Shown here piece after piece: positions 9,987-19,602 of a DNA stretch of 64,000 bases (positions are counted from its first letter, which is position 1; each line of letters starts with the position of its first letter). Under the pieces are notes generated by a model. The model searched no databases. It was not told where the DNA came from and saw only the letters and a program-made list of their open reading frames with translations. A program made the position numbers and the translations under genes. Source of the DNA: Candidatus Latescibacterota bacterium (GTDB lineage: Bacteria; Latescibacterota; UBA2968; UBA8231). Location of the stretch: assembly GCA_965243025.1 (NCBI GenBank), contig CBDETY010000003.1, forward strand, positions 672,001 through 736,000, given 5' to 3'.

Positions 9987-10835
9987 CTATCTCACGACAC
10001 CGCCGCAGTAGCTGCACGGCCTGTCGTTCTCGAGGTAGTAGACCGGCAGGTTGTTCCTTTCGGCGAGGTAGCGGTCGTACTCCCCGCACAGCCAGAAGAA
10101 CATGCCGGCGTGGTCGTCCCGGGCGCGGTGGAACTCGCGGTGGTCGCACCACTCGTCGGGGGGATGGTAGGCGTGCATCAGCGGGAAGTCGGGCTGCACG
10201 ATCCAGTCGCGCCGCGGCGGGCAGGTGCGGACGTACCAGTACTTCAGGAGGTTGCGCGTCCCGGAGGCGGTCGACGCCGAGCGGCGGTGCCAGAGGTTGT
10301 AGGCGGTCAGGAAGATGCTGCCCGCCGGAGCCGCGGTGGAAACGGCGCCGCGGAAGCTGCGGTAGTGCTGCATGAACTGGCTGGCGGCGTAGAGGAGGTG
10401 CGACCCGGGCAGGATTTCGGTCGGTCCCAGCTCCCCGGGGACGTCCTGGGGGTAGTAGAACACCTGCAGGGAGTCGAGCTCGTGGGGGGTGTGCTTGGAG
10501 CCGCCGTCGCGGTGCCAGCCCTGGGGTTGCGGGTTCGCCTCCTCGGTGCGGTGGTTGTGCAGGAACGGCATGGTGATGCGGAAGTTGCGTCCGAGCAGGG
10601 AGCGCACGGCGCCGGCGGCGGCCGGGTTGAGGAGGACGCCGTCGACGAACCAGTCCTGCTCGAGGATGGTCTCGTGCGGCAGGCCCTCGCCGGCGACGCG
10701 GTCCATCAGCTCGCAGGACCTCTCGTTGACGTCGCCGGGGACCACCGCTTCGAGGACGAGGTATCCCTTGCGGCAGAAGTCGAGGATCTGCTCGTCGTCG
10801 AGGGTCGGTTTGCAGTCGTGGGTTCGGATCGCCAT
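9987..10835 (-). CDS. PhyH family dioxygenase
   Basis: WHRDG, YYPQD, GPTEILPGSH, LWHRR. Confidence 0.9.
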   Translation of the reverse strand: MAIRTHDCKPTLDDEQILDFCRKGYLVLEAVVPGDVNERSCELMDRVAGEGLPHETILEQDWFVDGVLLNPAAAGAVRSLLGRNFRITMPFLHNHRTEEANPQPQGWHRDGGSKHTPHELDSLQVFYYPQDVPGELGPTEILPGSHLLYAASQFMQHYRSFRGAVSTAAPAGSIFLTAYNLWHRRSASTASGTRNLLKYWYVRTCPPRRDWIVQPDFPLMHAYHPPDEWCDHREFHRARDDHAGMFFWLCGEYDRYLAERNNLPVYYLENDRPCSYCGGVVR

Positions 10836-10996
10836 GGGTGGTCCCGGGGAATGTCGTCGGAGTTGGCGGGAACGGCGAGGGGCCGGTGCGCGGCGGGTTC
10901 GGAGGGCGGCTGCATCCTTGCCGCTGCCGGGAAAATAGACCTATATCTCCCGCCCCGGTAGGGAACGTCGAGCCGCGAGAAGGAGATCGACACGAA

Positions 10997-11713
10997 ATGT
11001 CAGGGGCAACCGAGGAACAGCGAAAGCAGTGGGAGGAGGAGGGGTACGTCCGTATCGACGGGGCGATTGCGGGCGGCCGGCTGCAACGGCTGCAGTCGGC
11101 CTTCGACCACTGGGCCGACGCCTGCCGCGAAGAATGGGTCGAGGCGATCGAACGGGGGGAGGCGGCGCCGACGTGGTACGACGTGCCGGATCCGTTCGCC
11201 AGGGACGACGCCTTCCTCGACCTCGTCGACCACCCGGGCTGGTACCCGCTGGCGGCGGAGTTCTGCGGCGGGGACCCGGTGGTGTCGGGCGGCCCCCAGG
11301 TGCGCACCGTTCCCTGCTGGCCGGTCAGCTACACCGGCTGGCACCCCGACCGGGCCGACGACGGGGTGCGCAGGGTGAAGATGCAGCTCTACGTCAACGA
11401 CGTGCCCGCCGGGGGAGGGGAGTTCGCCTACGTGCCGGGCAGCCACCTCGCCGACCCGGGGACCTGGTACCGCCCGGAGCGCAACGACGCCATGCCCGGG
11501 CACGTCACCTTCCCGGGCGGGGCGGGCACCGCCGTTCTCTTCGACAACCGGGGGATGCACACCGCCATGGACAACACCACCTCCGAGCCGCGCAAGTCGA
11601 TCATCATGGGCTGGTGCGAGCGCGCCGCGGGGCAGGCGGCCCCGGGTGAGTTCGCCGCGCTCGCGGACAGGCTGAAGACGCCGGAGCGCCGGCGGCTGTT
11701 CGGACTGGAATGA
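10997..11713 (+). CDS. PhyH family dioxygenase
   Basis: AGGAG RBS then MSGATEEQ; WHPD, YVPGSH, MHTA...RKSI. Confidence 0.9.
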   Translation: MSGATEEQRKQWEEEGYVRIDGAIAGGRLQRLQSAFDHWADACREEWVEAIERGEAAPTWYDVPDPFARDDAFLDLVDHPGWYPLAAEFCGGDPVVSGGPQVRTVPCWPVSYTGWHPDRADDGVRRVKMQLYVNDVPAGGGEFAYVPGSHLADPGTWYRPERNDAMPGHVTFPGGAGTAVLFDNRGMHTAMDNTTSEPRKSIIMGWCERAAGQAAPGEFAALADRLKTPERRRLFGLE

Positions 11714-11723
11714 GGAGGAAGCG

Positions 11724-12617
11724 ATGGTGAGGATCGACTGCCACCTGCACGTGTTCGCCAAACGGTCCGCGGAGTTCCCGCGCGAGGCCTCCGACGCCTA
11801 TCCCGCCGACCGCGAGGAGACCGCCGAGAAGCTGCTCGGGGAGATGGAGGCCAACGGCATCGACCAGGCGGTGCTGACGCAGATGGGGGGCGCCGAGCCG
11901 GAGCACCACAACTACGTCCGCCACTGCGTCGACACGTACCCCGACCGCTTCCGGGGGATCGGCCTGATCCCCGGCGACTGCGCCGAGCCGGAGGAGCACA
12001 TGGACCGGGTCGCCGGCGACGGGCAGTTCATCGGTTTCCGCCTCGGCGGCCTCGGGGGGCCGCGCGACCCCCTGACCCCGATGGACCTGCGCGACTACGG
12101 GACCTACCGGATCTGGAAACACGCCGCCGAGCGCGACTACGTGATGTGGCTCTACCTCGGGCACGCCGACATCTACGCGGCCGGCTACCTGGTCGAGGCG
12201 TTCCCCGAGGTCAGGGTGGTGTTCAACCACCTCGGCGTCAGCCCGGGCAGCGGCAACTTCTCCTGGGACGAGCACGGGCGCCCCCACGTCGAGAATCCCA
12301 ACATGTATTTCCTGTGGCACAACGTCTACCGCCTGTCGCGGTTCGAGAACGTCTCGATGATGTTCTCCGGCCACTACGCGTTCAGCAACGAGCCGTGGCC
12401 GTGGCGCGACTTCGCCGACAACGCCCGCCTGCTGCTGCGGCATTTCCCGGGGCGGCTGATGTGGGCCAGCGACTTCCCCTGGATCTGCGTCGAGCCGGGG
12501 TACGACAAGATGGTGCGGCTGCTGAAGGAGCTGGTCCCCGACGTCGGCGACGAGGAGCACGACTCCGTCATGGGGGGCGCGGCAAAGCGGATCCTGCGGT
12601 TCCCCGACAGGGACTGA
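11724..12617 (+). CDS. amidohydrolase family protein (Amidohydro_2, lactonase-like)
   Basis: IDCHLH, VVFNHLG, RLMWASDFPW; GAGGAGG RBS. Confidence 0.9.
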   Translation: MVRIDCHLHVFAKRSAEFPREASDAYPADREETAEKLLGEMEANGIDQAVLTQMGGAEPEHHNYVRHCVDTYPDRFRGIGLIPGDCAEPEEHMDRVAGDGQFIGFRLGGLGGPRDPLTPMDLRDYGTYRIWKHAAERDYVMWLYLGHADIYAAGYLVEAFPEVRVVFNHLGVSPGSGNFSWDEHGRPHVENPNMYFLWHNVYRLSRFENVSMMFSGHYAFSNEPWPWRDFADNARLLLRHFPGRLMWASDFPWICVEPGYDKMVRLLKELVPDVGDEEHDSVMGGAAKRILRFPDRD

Positions 12618-12660
12618 GCCGCTTGCGACCGGCGTGCCCTGGCGAGGCTGTCACCCGGCC

Positions 12661-12750
12661 ATGCTCACCCGGCTGATCCGGCTCGCCTGCAACCTGTGCC
12701 TGTTCCTGTGGGGCCTGGCGCTGCTGTTCTACGTGATCCGGAGCTGCTGA
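12661..12750 (+). CDS. putative 29-aa single-pass membrane peptide
   Basis: MLTRLIRLACNLCLFLWGLALLFYVIRSC*; every sense codon ends in G or C; hydrophobic core; below the ORF-track cutoff. Confidence 0.5.
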   Translation: MLTRLIRLACNLCLFLWGLALLFYVIRSC

Positions 12751-12945
12751 AGGCAGGAAAAGACCGGCGCAGGAGACCGTTCCCGCCGCCCGGGCCCCTT
12801 CCCCGCATCGAGCTTCTGCCGCCCGGCCCAGGAATCCCGGGTCCTGTCCTGCATCGAGTTCCCCGGATTCGTTCCGGCCGTTGCGGGCTCCTTTGCCCAT
12901 CGATCCCCCGCAGCCCCAGGTCACCGGGGGCCGCGGGTTCCGATT

Positions 12946-13773
12946 CTAAGTCGGCTTGTCCATGACGTTGGCGTAGTAGTACTCGTCCGAGTACCCGGCC
13001 GCGGCGAACGCCCTGGTCGCCTCCGTCCACTGGCTGTAGAAGGCGCGCACCTCCGGGTCGTGGTGCTCGGTCAGGCGCCGGGGCAGCATAACCCAGTCGG
13101 TCAGCGGCGGGCTCTGCTCGCGGCCGAAGTAGTTGTGCTGGGTCAGGCGGCGGCCGGCGCCGCTCACGCGGGTGTGCAGGATGCCGATGTTGTAGAGCAC
13201 GACGGTCCCCGCGGGCCCGCGGACCGGCACCATGCGGAACTCCTCCCCGAGCTCCTCCTTCGCCTCATCGAAGTTCCCGCAGCGATGCGAGTTGGGCACC
13301 ACCGCGAAACAGGGCTGGTCCTCGCCGACGTCGGTCAGGTAGTGGATGGCGCAGACGTAGCTGCAGTCCCAGCGGGGACCGGGATCGTCCGCGGCCCGGG
13401 GCAGCCAGGGGCGGTCCCGGTGCCAGCGCATCGGCCCGCTGGCGGCCCCGTCCCAAAGGTCGCGGAAGTCGAACTGGGAGAAGCGGGTGTCCGGCCCCAT
13501 GATGGCGTCGACGAGCCCCCAGGCCACGGACGGGCGCACGTGCCCGTCGAGCTCGGGGTGGTGGACGAGAATCTGCGCGTGCGAGCGGCAGCCGAGCCTG
13601 TCGGGCCCCCACTCGGCGGCGATCTCCCGCTCGGAGCGGTCCACGAAATCGGTGAGGGTGCGGATGTTCTCCGGCGGCAGGGCGTCGCTGACGACGACGT
13701 AGTTCCAGGCGGCGAAGAAATCGAGGGCCTCCTGTTTCCGGTCGGGGGTGAAGGTCGGGTGTGCGGGCATCAT
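12946..13773 (-). CDS. PhyH family dioxygenase
   Basis: WHRDR, YLTDV, VVPNSH, GPAGT...ILHTR. Confidence 0.88.
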   Translation of the reverse strand: MMPAHPTFTPDRKQEALDFFAAWNYVVVSDALPPENIRTLTDFVDRSEREIAAEWGPDRLGCRSHAQILVHHPELDGHVRPSVAWGLVDAIMGPDTRFSQFDFRDLWDGAASGPMRWHRDRPWLPRAADDPGPRWDCSYVCAIHYLTDVGEDQPCFAVVPNSHRCGNFDEAKEELGEEFRMVPVRGPAGTVVLYNIGILHTRVSGAGRRLTQHNYFGREQSPPLTDWVMLPRRLTEHHDPEVRAFYSQWTEATRAFAAAGYSDEYYYANVMDKPT

Positions 13774-13852
13774 GCTCCTGTGTCTGTTGCGATGGCGGGG
13801 ACTTCCGCCCGGGCCGGAGTGGATCGCCGGGAAGGTGCCGGCAACCGGGCTT

Positions 13853-14623
13853 TCAGGCGGACTCCTCGATTCCGAAGGCGCGCATGTACAGGCGGGTGAT
13901 GGCGTTGAGGTTGCCGTAGAAGGCGCGCACCTCCGGGTCGGGGTGGTGGTTGAAGAACATCGGCGGAATGAGCGAATCGTCGGCGAGGTAGGGGCGGTCG
14001 CGGTGGCCGTAGTACACCTGGATCGACTTGCGCTCCCTGCCGGTCTGGCGGACGGTGGCGCGGTGCAGGACCGCCACGTTGAAGAGGCAGACGGTGCCGG
14101 CCGGGCCGTGAACGTCGAAGCAGCCGCGGCGCTCGAGCTGTCCGGCCTTCTCGAGGACCGGCTCGTCGACGGATTCCGGCGAGAGCGAGAAGCAGTGGGT
14201 GGTCTCGTCGACGTCGGTCAGGTAGAGCATGAGCTGGATGTAGTCCATGCGCAGCGGGTGCTCGAGGTAGTGGCCCCGGTCCCGGTGCCATCCGCCGCTG
14301 CCCGGGGCGTCGGCAGGCTCCATGTGGCGGATGCAGAGCTCGCCGAAGCAGACCGGCCCGCCCATCAGCTCGCCGACCGCCCGCAGGATCAGCGGGTGGC
14401 GGACGACCTCGTCGAACTCGGGGGTCGTGCACAGGGCGTCGCAGTTCATGGTCTGGGAACCGCGCTGCGCCCAGCGCAGCGGCGCCCGTTTCCGGTCCTC
14501 GTCGAAGAGCTCGAGGAAGCGCTCGATTTCGGCGGCGGGAAGGAGGTTTTTCAGCAGGACGAAGCCCTGCCGGCGGAAGAACTGATGGTCGGAGTCGGTA
14601 AGCAGGGTCATGAGAAGTGCCAT
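13853..14623 (-). CDS. PhyH family dioxygenase (tandem paralog of 12946-13773)
   Basis: WHRDR, YLTDV, GPAGT...VLHRA, shared DPEVRAFY tail; start may be 14611. Confidence 0.88.
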   Translation of the reverse strand: MALLMTLLTDSDHQFFRRQGFVLLKNLLPAAEIERFLELFDEDRKRAPLRWAQRGSQTMNCDALCTTPEFDEVVRHPLILRAVGELMGGPVCFGELCIRHMEPADAPGSGGWHRDRGHYLEHPLRMDYIQLMLYLTDVDETTHCFSLSPESVDEPVLEKAGQLERRGCFDVHGPAGTVCLFNVAVLHRATVRQTGRERKSIQVYYGHRDRPYLADDSLIPPMFFNHHPDPEVRAFYGNLNAITRLYMRAFGIEESA

Positions 14624-14671
14624 GGGTTGGGTGAGGAAGACTGTGGAAGCAGTTCTGGTTTGGCTACTTTT

Positions 14672-14698
14672 TCAGTTTAAACCCGGACTAGTAAGTTC
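14672..14698 (-). promoter_or_regulatory. candidate ECF (sigmaE-type) promoter for the phyH pair
   Basis: GAACTT-N16-ACTGA on minus strand versus RpoE consensus GAACTT-N16-TCTRA. Confidence 0.3.
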
Positions 14699-14836
14699 CC
14701 TTTCCGCCGCGTCTTTTTTACGGCACCGCAATGACGACCGGGCATGGCCGAGGACTCTCCCCCCCTGAGGCCACCCCGCCGCGACCGATCTCCAACGGGA
14801 CCGTCCAATCGCAACACCATTGCCCGAATCCCCTGC

Positions 14837-15427
14837 ATGGCAGAGAACGACAGCGAACTGGTCAGAAGGACGCTCGAGGGCGATTCGAAGGCGTTCGACG
14901 AACTGGTGAAACGGTACGTAAAACTCGTGCACGGCGTGATTTTCGAGGCCGTTCGGCGGTCCGAAGAGGTGGACGATCTCAGCCAGGACGTATTCTGCAA
15001 GGCCTACCTCGAGCTAACCAAGCTCCGGAAGCATTCCAGATTCGCCCCCTGGCTGGCGAGAATGGCGAGCAACGTCTCTACCGACTGGCTTCGAGGTCAT
15101 CAGGTGCGCCGTCGTCCTCAGCTCAAGGGGGTCGTCAGGGAGGGGGTTCTCGACGCCATGCTTCCCGTGACCGGGAGGGAGAAGACCCCGGAACAGAAAC
15201 TGGTGGAAAAAGAGGAACGCGAGGCGTTGATGGAGGCCCTCGACCGCGTCAGGCCGGAGTACCGGAGAGTGCTCATCCTGTTCCACATCGAGGGTTGCTC
15301 GTACGAGCAGATCTGCAGCTTTCTCGGGCTGAGCTTCGCGACGGTGAAGATGCGTCTGTACAAGGGCAAGAAGCTCCTGCGCGAGGAATTCGAAGCCATG
15401 CAGGGCGATTGCGGAAGGATGGAATGA
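14837..15427 (+). CDS. ECF sigma-70 factor (RpoE-like)
   Basis: DSELVRRTLEGDSKAFDELVKRY, DDLSQDVF, FAPWLARMASN, region 4 EGCSYEQI...TVKMRL. Confidence 0.92.
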   Translation: MAENDSELVRRTLEGDSKAFDELVKRYVKLVHGVIFEAVRRSEEVDDLSQDVFCKAYLELTKLRKHSRFAPWLARMASNVSTDWLRGHQVRRRPQLKGVVREGVLDAMLPVTGREKTPEQKLVEKEEREALMEALDRVRPEYRRVLILFHIEGCSYEQICSFLGLSFATVKMRLYKGKKLLREEFEAMQGDCGRME

Positions 15428-15526
15428 AGGGAATGGAGCGCATGTGAAGTTACCCGGGGGGCCGCAACCTGCGGCGGCCGGGAGCGGAGGTGCAGGGGCC
15501 CGAACCGGAAGGTGCCTGCGACCTTC

Positions 15527-16624
15527 CTACTGCTCCACTCCCAGGCGCACCCAGCGGATGTTGTGAATGCAGTCCTCGAGGCACCAGAAGGCGACGAATA
15601 CGTCCCCGTCCTCGAGCAGGTGAGGGTTCGGAAAGCCGAACTGCAGGCCCGCCAGCTCCTCCGCCGCCCGGCCGTCCCCGAGCATGCGGGAATCCGCCCC
15701 CTGCCAGACCGGGGCCTCGGCTTCGTTGATCCACCCGCCCCCTTCGATCCGCGACACGCAGGCCCACAGTCCGGGCCGGTCGGTCCTGCGCATGAACGAC
15801 ATGACGCGGTTGCCGCCGAGGCCGACGAGCTTGGTGGTTTCCCCCGGTATCTCCGTCGACCCGCGCACGCTGAAATCCCCGCCCTCGGGGGCCAGGGCGA
15901 ACGGCACCTTCGTCACCGTGCGCCCGACCTCCGGGTTGAACGGCCAGGCGACCGCCAGCAGGCCGCCGTCGGGCAGCTCGATCAGGCTCACCTCGTGGTG
16001 GAAAATCTTCCCCTCCGGATCGCTGAACAGCTCGACGCTGTCGGGCCAGGTCGAGCCGCGGTCGTGCGAGACCAGGGCGACCGTCTTCAGGCCGTTGGGG
16101 GCCTCCCCCTCCCAGGTGCGCACCAGTGCGGCGGGCAGGAGCAGGCGGCCGTCCGCGGTCTCCAGCGCCGCGTGGCAGTGCTCCCAGGGCTGCCCGGTGA
16201 TCGCCGGCTCGAAGACCAGCGGTTCGCTCCAGGTCTGGCCGTTGTCGGCGCTGCGGATCGTGAACCACTCGCCGGGGCGGCACCCGTAGGTCTCCGGGTT
16301 CCAGCTCTGCGTCTCCAGGTCCGGCACCTTGCGCTGGCCCACCCCGAGGACGGTGCCGTCCGACAGGCGGCTCAGGCGGATGAAATCGGTGACTTCGGTG
16401 TGGCCGGGCACGAGCCGGCGCGGCTCGCTCCAGGTGCGGCCGCCGTCGTTCGACCTGGCCATGTAGGACCGGTAGTTCGCCGCGGAGATCGCCTCGGCGA
16501 GGTCGAAGCCGGCGAGCATCACGCCGCCGCCGAGGGGAACGATGGTCGGGTGCCAGGCGTGGACCGACCTGAGGTAGGGTTTCGGGTTGCGGTAGACGAG
16601 TCCTGTCGATTTGACCTCGATCAA
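15527..16624 (-). CDS. sialidase-family / BNR-repeat beta-propeller protein
   Basis: Asp-boxes SNDGGRTW, SADNGQTW, SHDRGSTW; TTG start with AGGAG RBS. Confidence 0.85.
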   Translation of the reverse strand: MIEVKSTGLVYRNPKPYLRSVHAWHPTIVPLGGGVMLAGFDLAEAISAANYRSYMARSNDGGRTWSEPRRLVPGHTEVTDFIRLSRLSDGTVLGVGQRKVPDLETQSWNPETYGCRPGEWFTIRSADNGQTWSEPLVFEPAITGQPWEHCHAALETADGRLLLPAALVRTWEGEAPNGLKTVALVSHDRGSTWPDSVELFSDPEGKIFHHEVSLIELPDGGLLAVAWPFNPEVGRTVTKVPFALAPEGGDFSVRGSTEIPGETTKLVGLGGNRVMSFMRRTDRPGLWACVSRIEGGGWINEAEAPVWQGADSRMLGDGRAAEELAGLQFGFPNPHLLEDGDVFVAFWCLEDCIHNIRWVRLGVEQ

Positions 16625-16727
16625 TGGGGTTTCTCCTGAAAACGGATCGCCGGAAATCCAAGCCGCCGGTCCTGAAAAAGGGTACTGCCGCGGACTGCCA
16701 GGTGCCCGGCGCCTGGACGCGCACGCT

Positions 16728-17936
16728 TCAGTCCCGGAACGGATCGTACTCCTCGGCCCCTGCCATCGCCACCCCGATCGGTTTCAGGGTGTGCAGGATG
16801 CGGATGCCCGCGGAGTGGTACTCCAGCACCTCCGGCAGGCGCTTGTAGCAGTGGGGGGACTCGTCGGTTCCGGCGCCGCGCAGCTCCACCCCTTCGCGGG
16901 ACACCCACTCCATCATCATCTGCCGGCTGACGGCTCCCCCCTCGGCCTTCCTCTGTTTCTTCCCGGCCCGGCGGCGCGCCCGTTTCCAGCGCCGCTTGCC
17001 GGCGGCCGCGGTCCGCGACATCACCCGCCCGGCGCCGTGAACGGTGGAGTACATCGACCGGGCGCTCTCCTCCCCGTCGACCCCCTCGACGATAACGGAG
17101 ATGTCCCCCATCGAGCCGCCGATGAAGCCGCGCTGCCCCGGGAACGCCGGGGTGGCCCCCTTGCGCACCACCCACAGCTCCTCGCCGAAATGCTCCTCCT
17201 CCCAGGCGAAGTTGTGGTGGTTGTGGACCTCGTCGAGGATGTTGCAGCGCAGCAGTGAGGCGACCTTGGCGCACACCCAGTCGCGGCCGGCATAGGCGTA
17301 GCGGCCGGCGAGCTTCATGCAGGCGACGTACTCCTGGCCGAGCTGGGAGCCGGTGCCCAGAAGCACGGGATCGACGTCGATTCCCTCCCTGCCGCCGCCC
17401 GCCCTGATGAAGTGGGTCGCCAGCTTGTGGCCGAGGCCGCGCGAGCCGAAGTGCACCCCGCACCAGACGCGCCGTTCCTCGTCGAGAAAGAGATCGACGT
17501 AGTGGTTGCCGGAGCCGATGGTTCCCAGCTGGCCCTGCGCCAGGGACTTGAGCCTGCCGGCGACCTCGATGTCCCAGGCCGGGTCGTCGCGGAACAGCTC
17601 GTGCTCCACCGGTTCGTCGTTCTTGCGGCCGATGCCGAAGGAGAGGGTCTCCCAGATCTCGTCCATGACCGCGGCGATTTCCGAGGTGACGAGATCGGGG
17701 TCGGCGTCGAGCAGGACCGCCTTGTTGCCGCAGCTGATGTCGTAGCCGACGCCGGAGGGACTGACGGCGTCGCGGTAGGCGGCCACCCCGCCGATCGGCA
17801 TGGAGTAGCCGAGGTGGTGATCGGCCATGAGCGCGGTGTGCTCGGCGCTGCGGGCGCAGTTGACGATCTGCCGCACCGCGTTGTCGAGCGGTTCTCCCCA
17901 GACCGGTACGCCTTCGATTTCAGTGTGGGTTTTCAA
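16728..17936 (-). CDS. rtcB: RtcB family RNA ligase
   Basis: GYDISCG, GTIGSGNHY, HFGSRG, HNHHN, RKGAT, STVHGAGR, DESPHCYK. Confidence 0.95.
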   Translation of the reverse strand: MKTHTEIEGVPVWGEPLDNAVRQIVNCARSAEHTALMADHHLGYSMPIGGVAAYRDAVSPSGVGYDISCGNKAVLLDADPDLVTSEIAAVMDEIWETLSFGIGRKNDEPVEHELFRDDPAWDIEVAGRLKSLAQGQLGTIGSGNHYVDLFLDEERRVWCGVHFGSRGLGHKLATHFIRAGGGREGIDVDPVLLGTGSQLGQEYVACMKLAGRYAYAGRDWVCAKVASLLRCNILDEVHNHHNFAWEEEHFGEELWVVRKGATPAFPGQRGFIGGSMGDISVIVEGVDGEESARSMYSTVHGAGRVMSRTAAAGKRRWKRARRRAGKKQRKAEGGAVSRQMMMEWVSREGVELRGAGTDESPHCYKRLPEVLEYHSAGIRILHTLKPIGVAMAGAEEYDPFRD

Positions 17937-17960
17937 ACTGCTGGTCCGGCTGGATTAGCG

Positions 17961-18785
17961 CTACGCCGTTTCCCGCCTGCCCAGCTCGGCCTTGCGCTCG
18001 ACGAACTCCCGCGGCGGAGGCGTCAGGATGGCGCGCTTGCGCTCGTCCACCCCTTCCCATGAGTCGGCGCCGGTCGGGCTGAAGAAGTTGTCGGGTCCGG
18101 AGTAGGCCTCCCCCCGCTCGGTGTACTTGTAGAAGAGGGTGGTCCGTGTGCTCGGCGCGGTCCAGGGCAGGGTGACGTGGAAAAGGGCCTCGGTGAAGAC
18201 GATGGCGGTGCCGGCAGGGGCGGGCACCCGGGTGACCATCGGATGCACCCCTTTGGCCAGGTCGACCCATGTTTCGGGGACCGGCAGATGTCCCTTGTGC
18301 GAGCCGGCCAGGCATCCGAAACCGCCGCCGTTGCAGACCGTGTCCTCCAGCTCGTAGGCCACGGTCACCAGACCGTTGGAATAAGCTCCGGTCTCGGGAT
18401 CGCGCGCGAAGTAGATGGGCGTCAGCTCATGCGGCCGGTCCGGATTCAGCAGGCGTCCGTTGCCGCCGTGGAGGCGCCCCCCGGCGAGGTTCTTGTTGAA
18501 GGTGCCGTGGGTGTGGACGTTGATGTGGTCGATGCGGAAGGGAGGGAGTCCTTCTGGCCGCCGGCCCCCGAATATCTCTTCCAGGATGTCGGAGACCACC
18601 GGGACGTCGAGCAGATCGACGAACGCCTGGGACCAGAAACCGCCCCGGTCGGGGTGCTGAGAGTAGAGCTCCGGGCCCCGTGCGTCGACAGTGGCCTTCA
18701 GCTCCGCGACCTGCCCGGGGGTAATCGCATCCTCAACGGTGAGGAAACCCCAGGTGTCGAAGGCGAAGCGCTGTTCTTCGTCCAT
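17961..18785 (-). CDS. PhyH family Fe/2OG enzyme with HxG motif
   Basis: FDTWGFL, LHGG in place of HxD, GGFGCLAGSHK, EALFHVTLPW...RTTLFYKY. Confidence 0.85.
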   Translation of the reverse strand: MDEEQRFAFDTWGFLTVEDAITPGQVAELKATVDARGPELYSQHPDRGGFWSQAFVDLLDVPVVSDILEEIFGGRRPEGLPPFRIDHINVHTHGTFNKNLAGGRLHGGNGRLLNPDRPHELTPIYFARDPETGAYSNGLVTVAYELEDTVCNGGGFGCLAGSHKGHLPVPETWVDLAKGVHPMVTRVPAPAGTAIVFTEALFHVTLPWTAPSTRTTLFYKYTERGEAYSGPDNFFSPTGADSWEGVDERKRAILTPPPREFVERKAELGRRETA

Positions 18786-19269
18786 GGTTGAACCAGTCTC
18801 CTCACAAATAGGTCAATGGTTTCCTGCCCCTGTCAGCGGTCCGGACCGACCGGCAAACTTCAGGGATATGCCCGTGTCCGCAAGGGCCCGGGGGACAATC
18901 GGGATCCGGGACCCGCGGCGAGGCCAGGCGCTGGTGCGAGGTGGGAAAGGGGGGAATCAGGGACGGGTATTTTGCGGAAGGCAGGTGCGTTCCGGCGGGC
19001 GGAGCAGGCAGGTTTCCATCCGGCGGCCGGCCAGAGGCGAAGGCTGGCGAACTGACTGCGGAAGTCGGGGGCGCTGTCCGAGGTTCATGCAAACGCCTCC
19101 TGCGCCGGCGGCATACAGGGCCGGCACAGGAAGCGGGGGGTACTCAAGGCACTTTCGAACGACTCGGCGAGATCGCAAGCGGAATCGGGAACATGACCCT
19201 CCCCTGGAGCACACCCCGCACCGCGAAAAGCGTTTCGACGAAAGTACCTCGGGGTACCGGTACTTCGAT

Positions 19270-19602
19270 TCAACCCTTCAGGCGGTTGATCGCCCTCGTG
19301 ACCAGAACGGTAACGGCGCCGGCGAACAGGGCGATGACGGCCTGGTCGAGGATGGCGTCCAGCCGGTCGCCAACCATCGCGAGAATATCCTGGTCCAGCA
19401 CGTTCATGCTGGCTGCACCCCCGGCGGCAAGGGTGACGACCAGGTATGCGGTCGCGTCCTCGGCATCGACCCCCAATGACCCGTACACCAGGCCGAGAAT
19501 GACCAGCGCGAGGGTCAGAATGCCCCCTCCGATCGGATCGCCCGCCAGGCCCTGGATGATGGCCAGCAGGGTGATCAGGGCAACGATGATTCTGACTGCC
19601 AT
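19270..19602 (-). CDS. small hydrophobic membrane protein
   Basis: 110 aa with 3-4 hydrophobic segments; AGGAGG RBS; hairpin downstream at about 19238-19267. Confidence 0.75.
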   Translation of the reverse strand: MAVRIIVALITLLAIIQGLAGDPIGGGILTLALVILGLVYGSLGVDAEDATAYLVVTLAAGGAASMNVLDQDILAMVGDRLDAILDQAVIALFAGAVTVLVTRAINRLKG

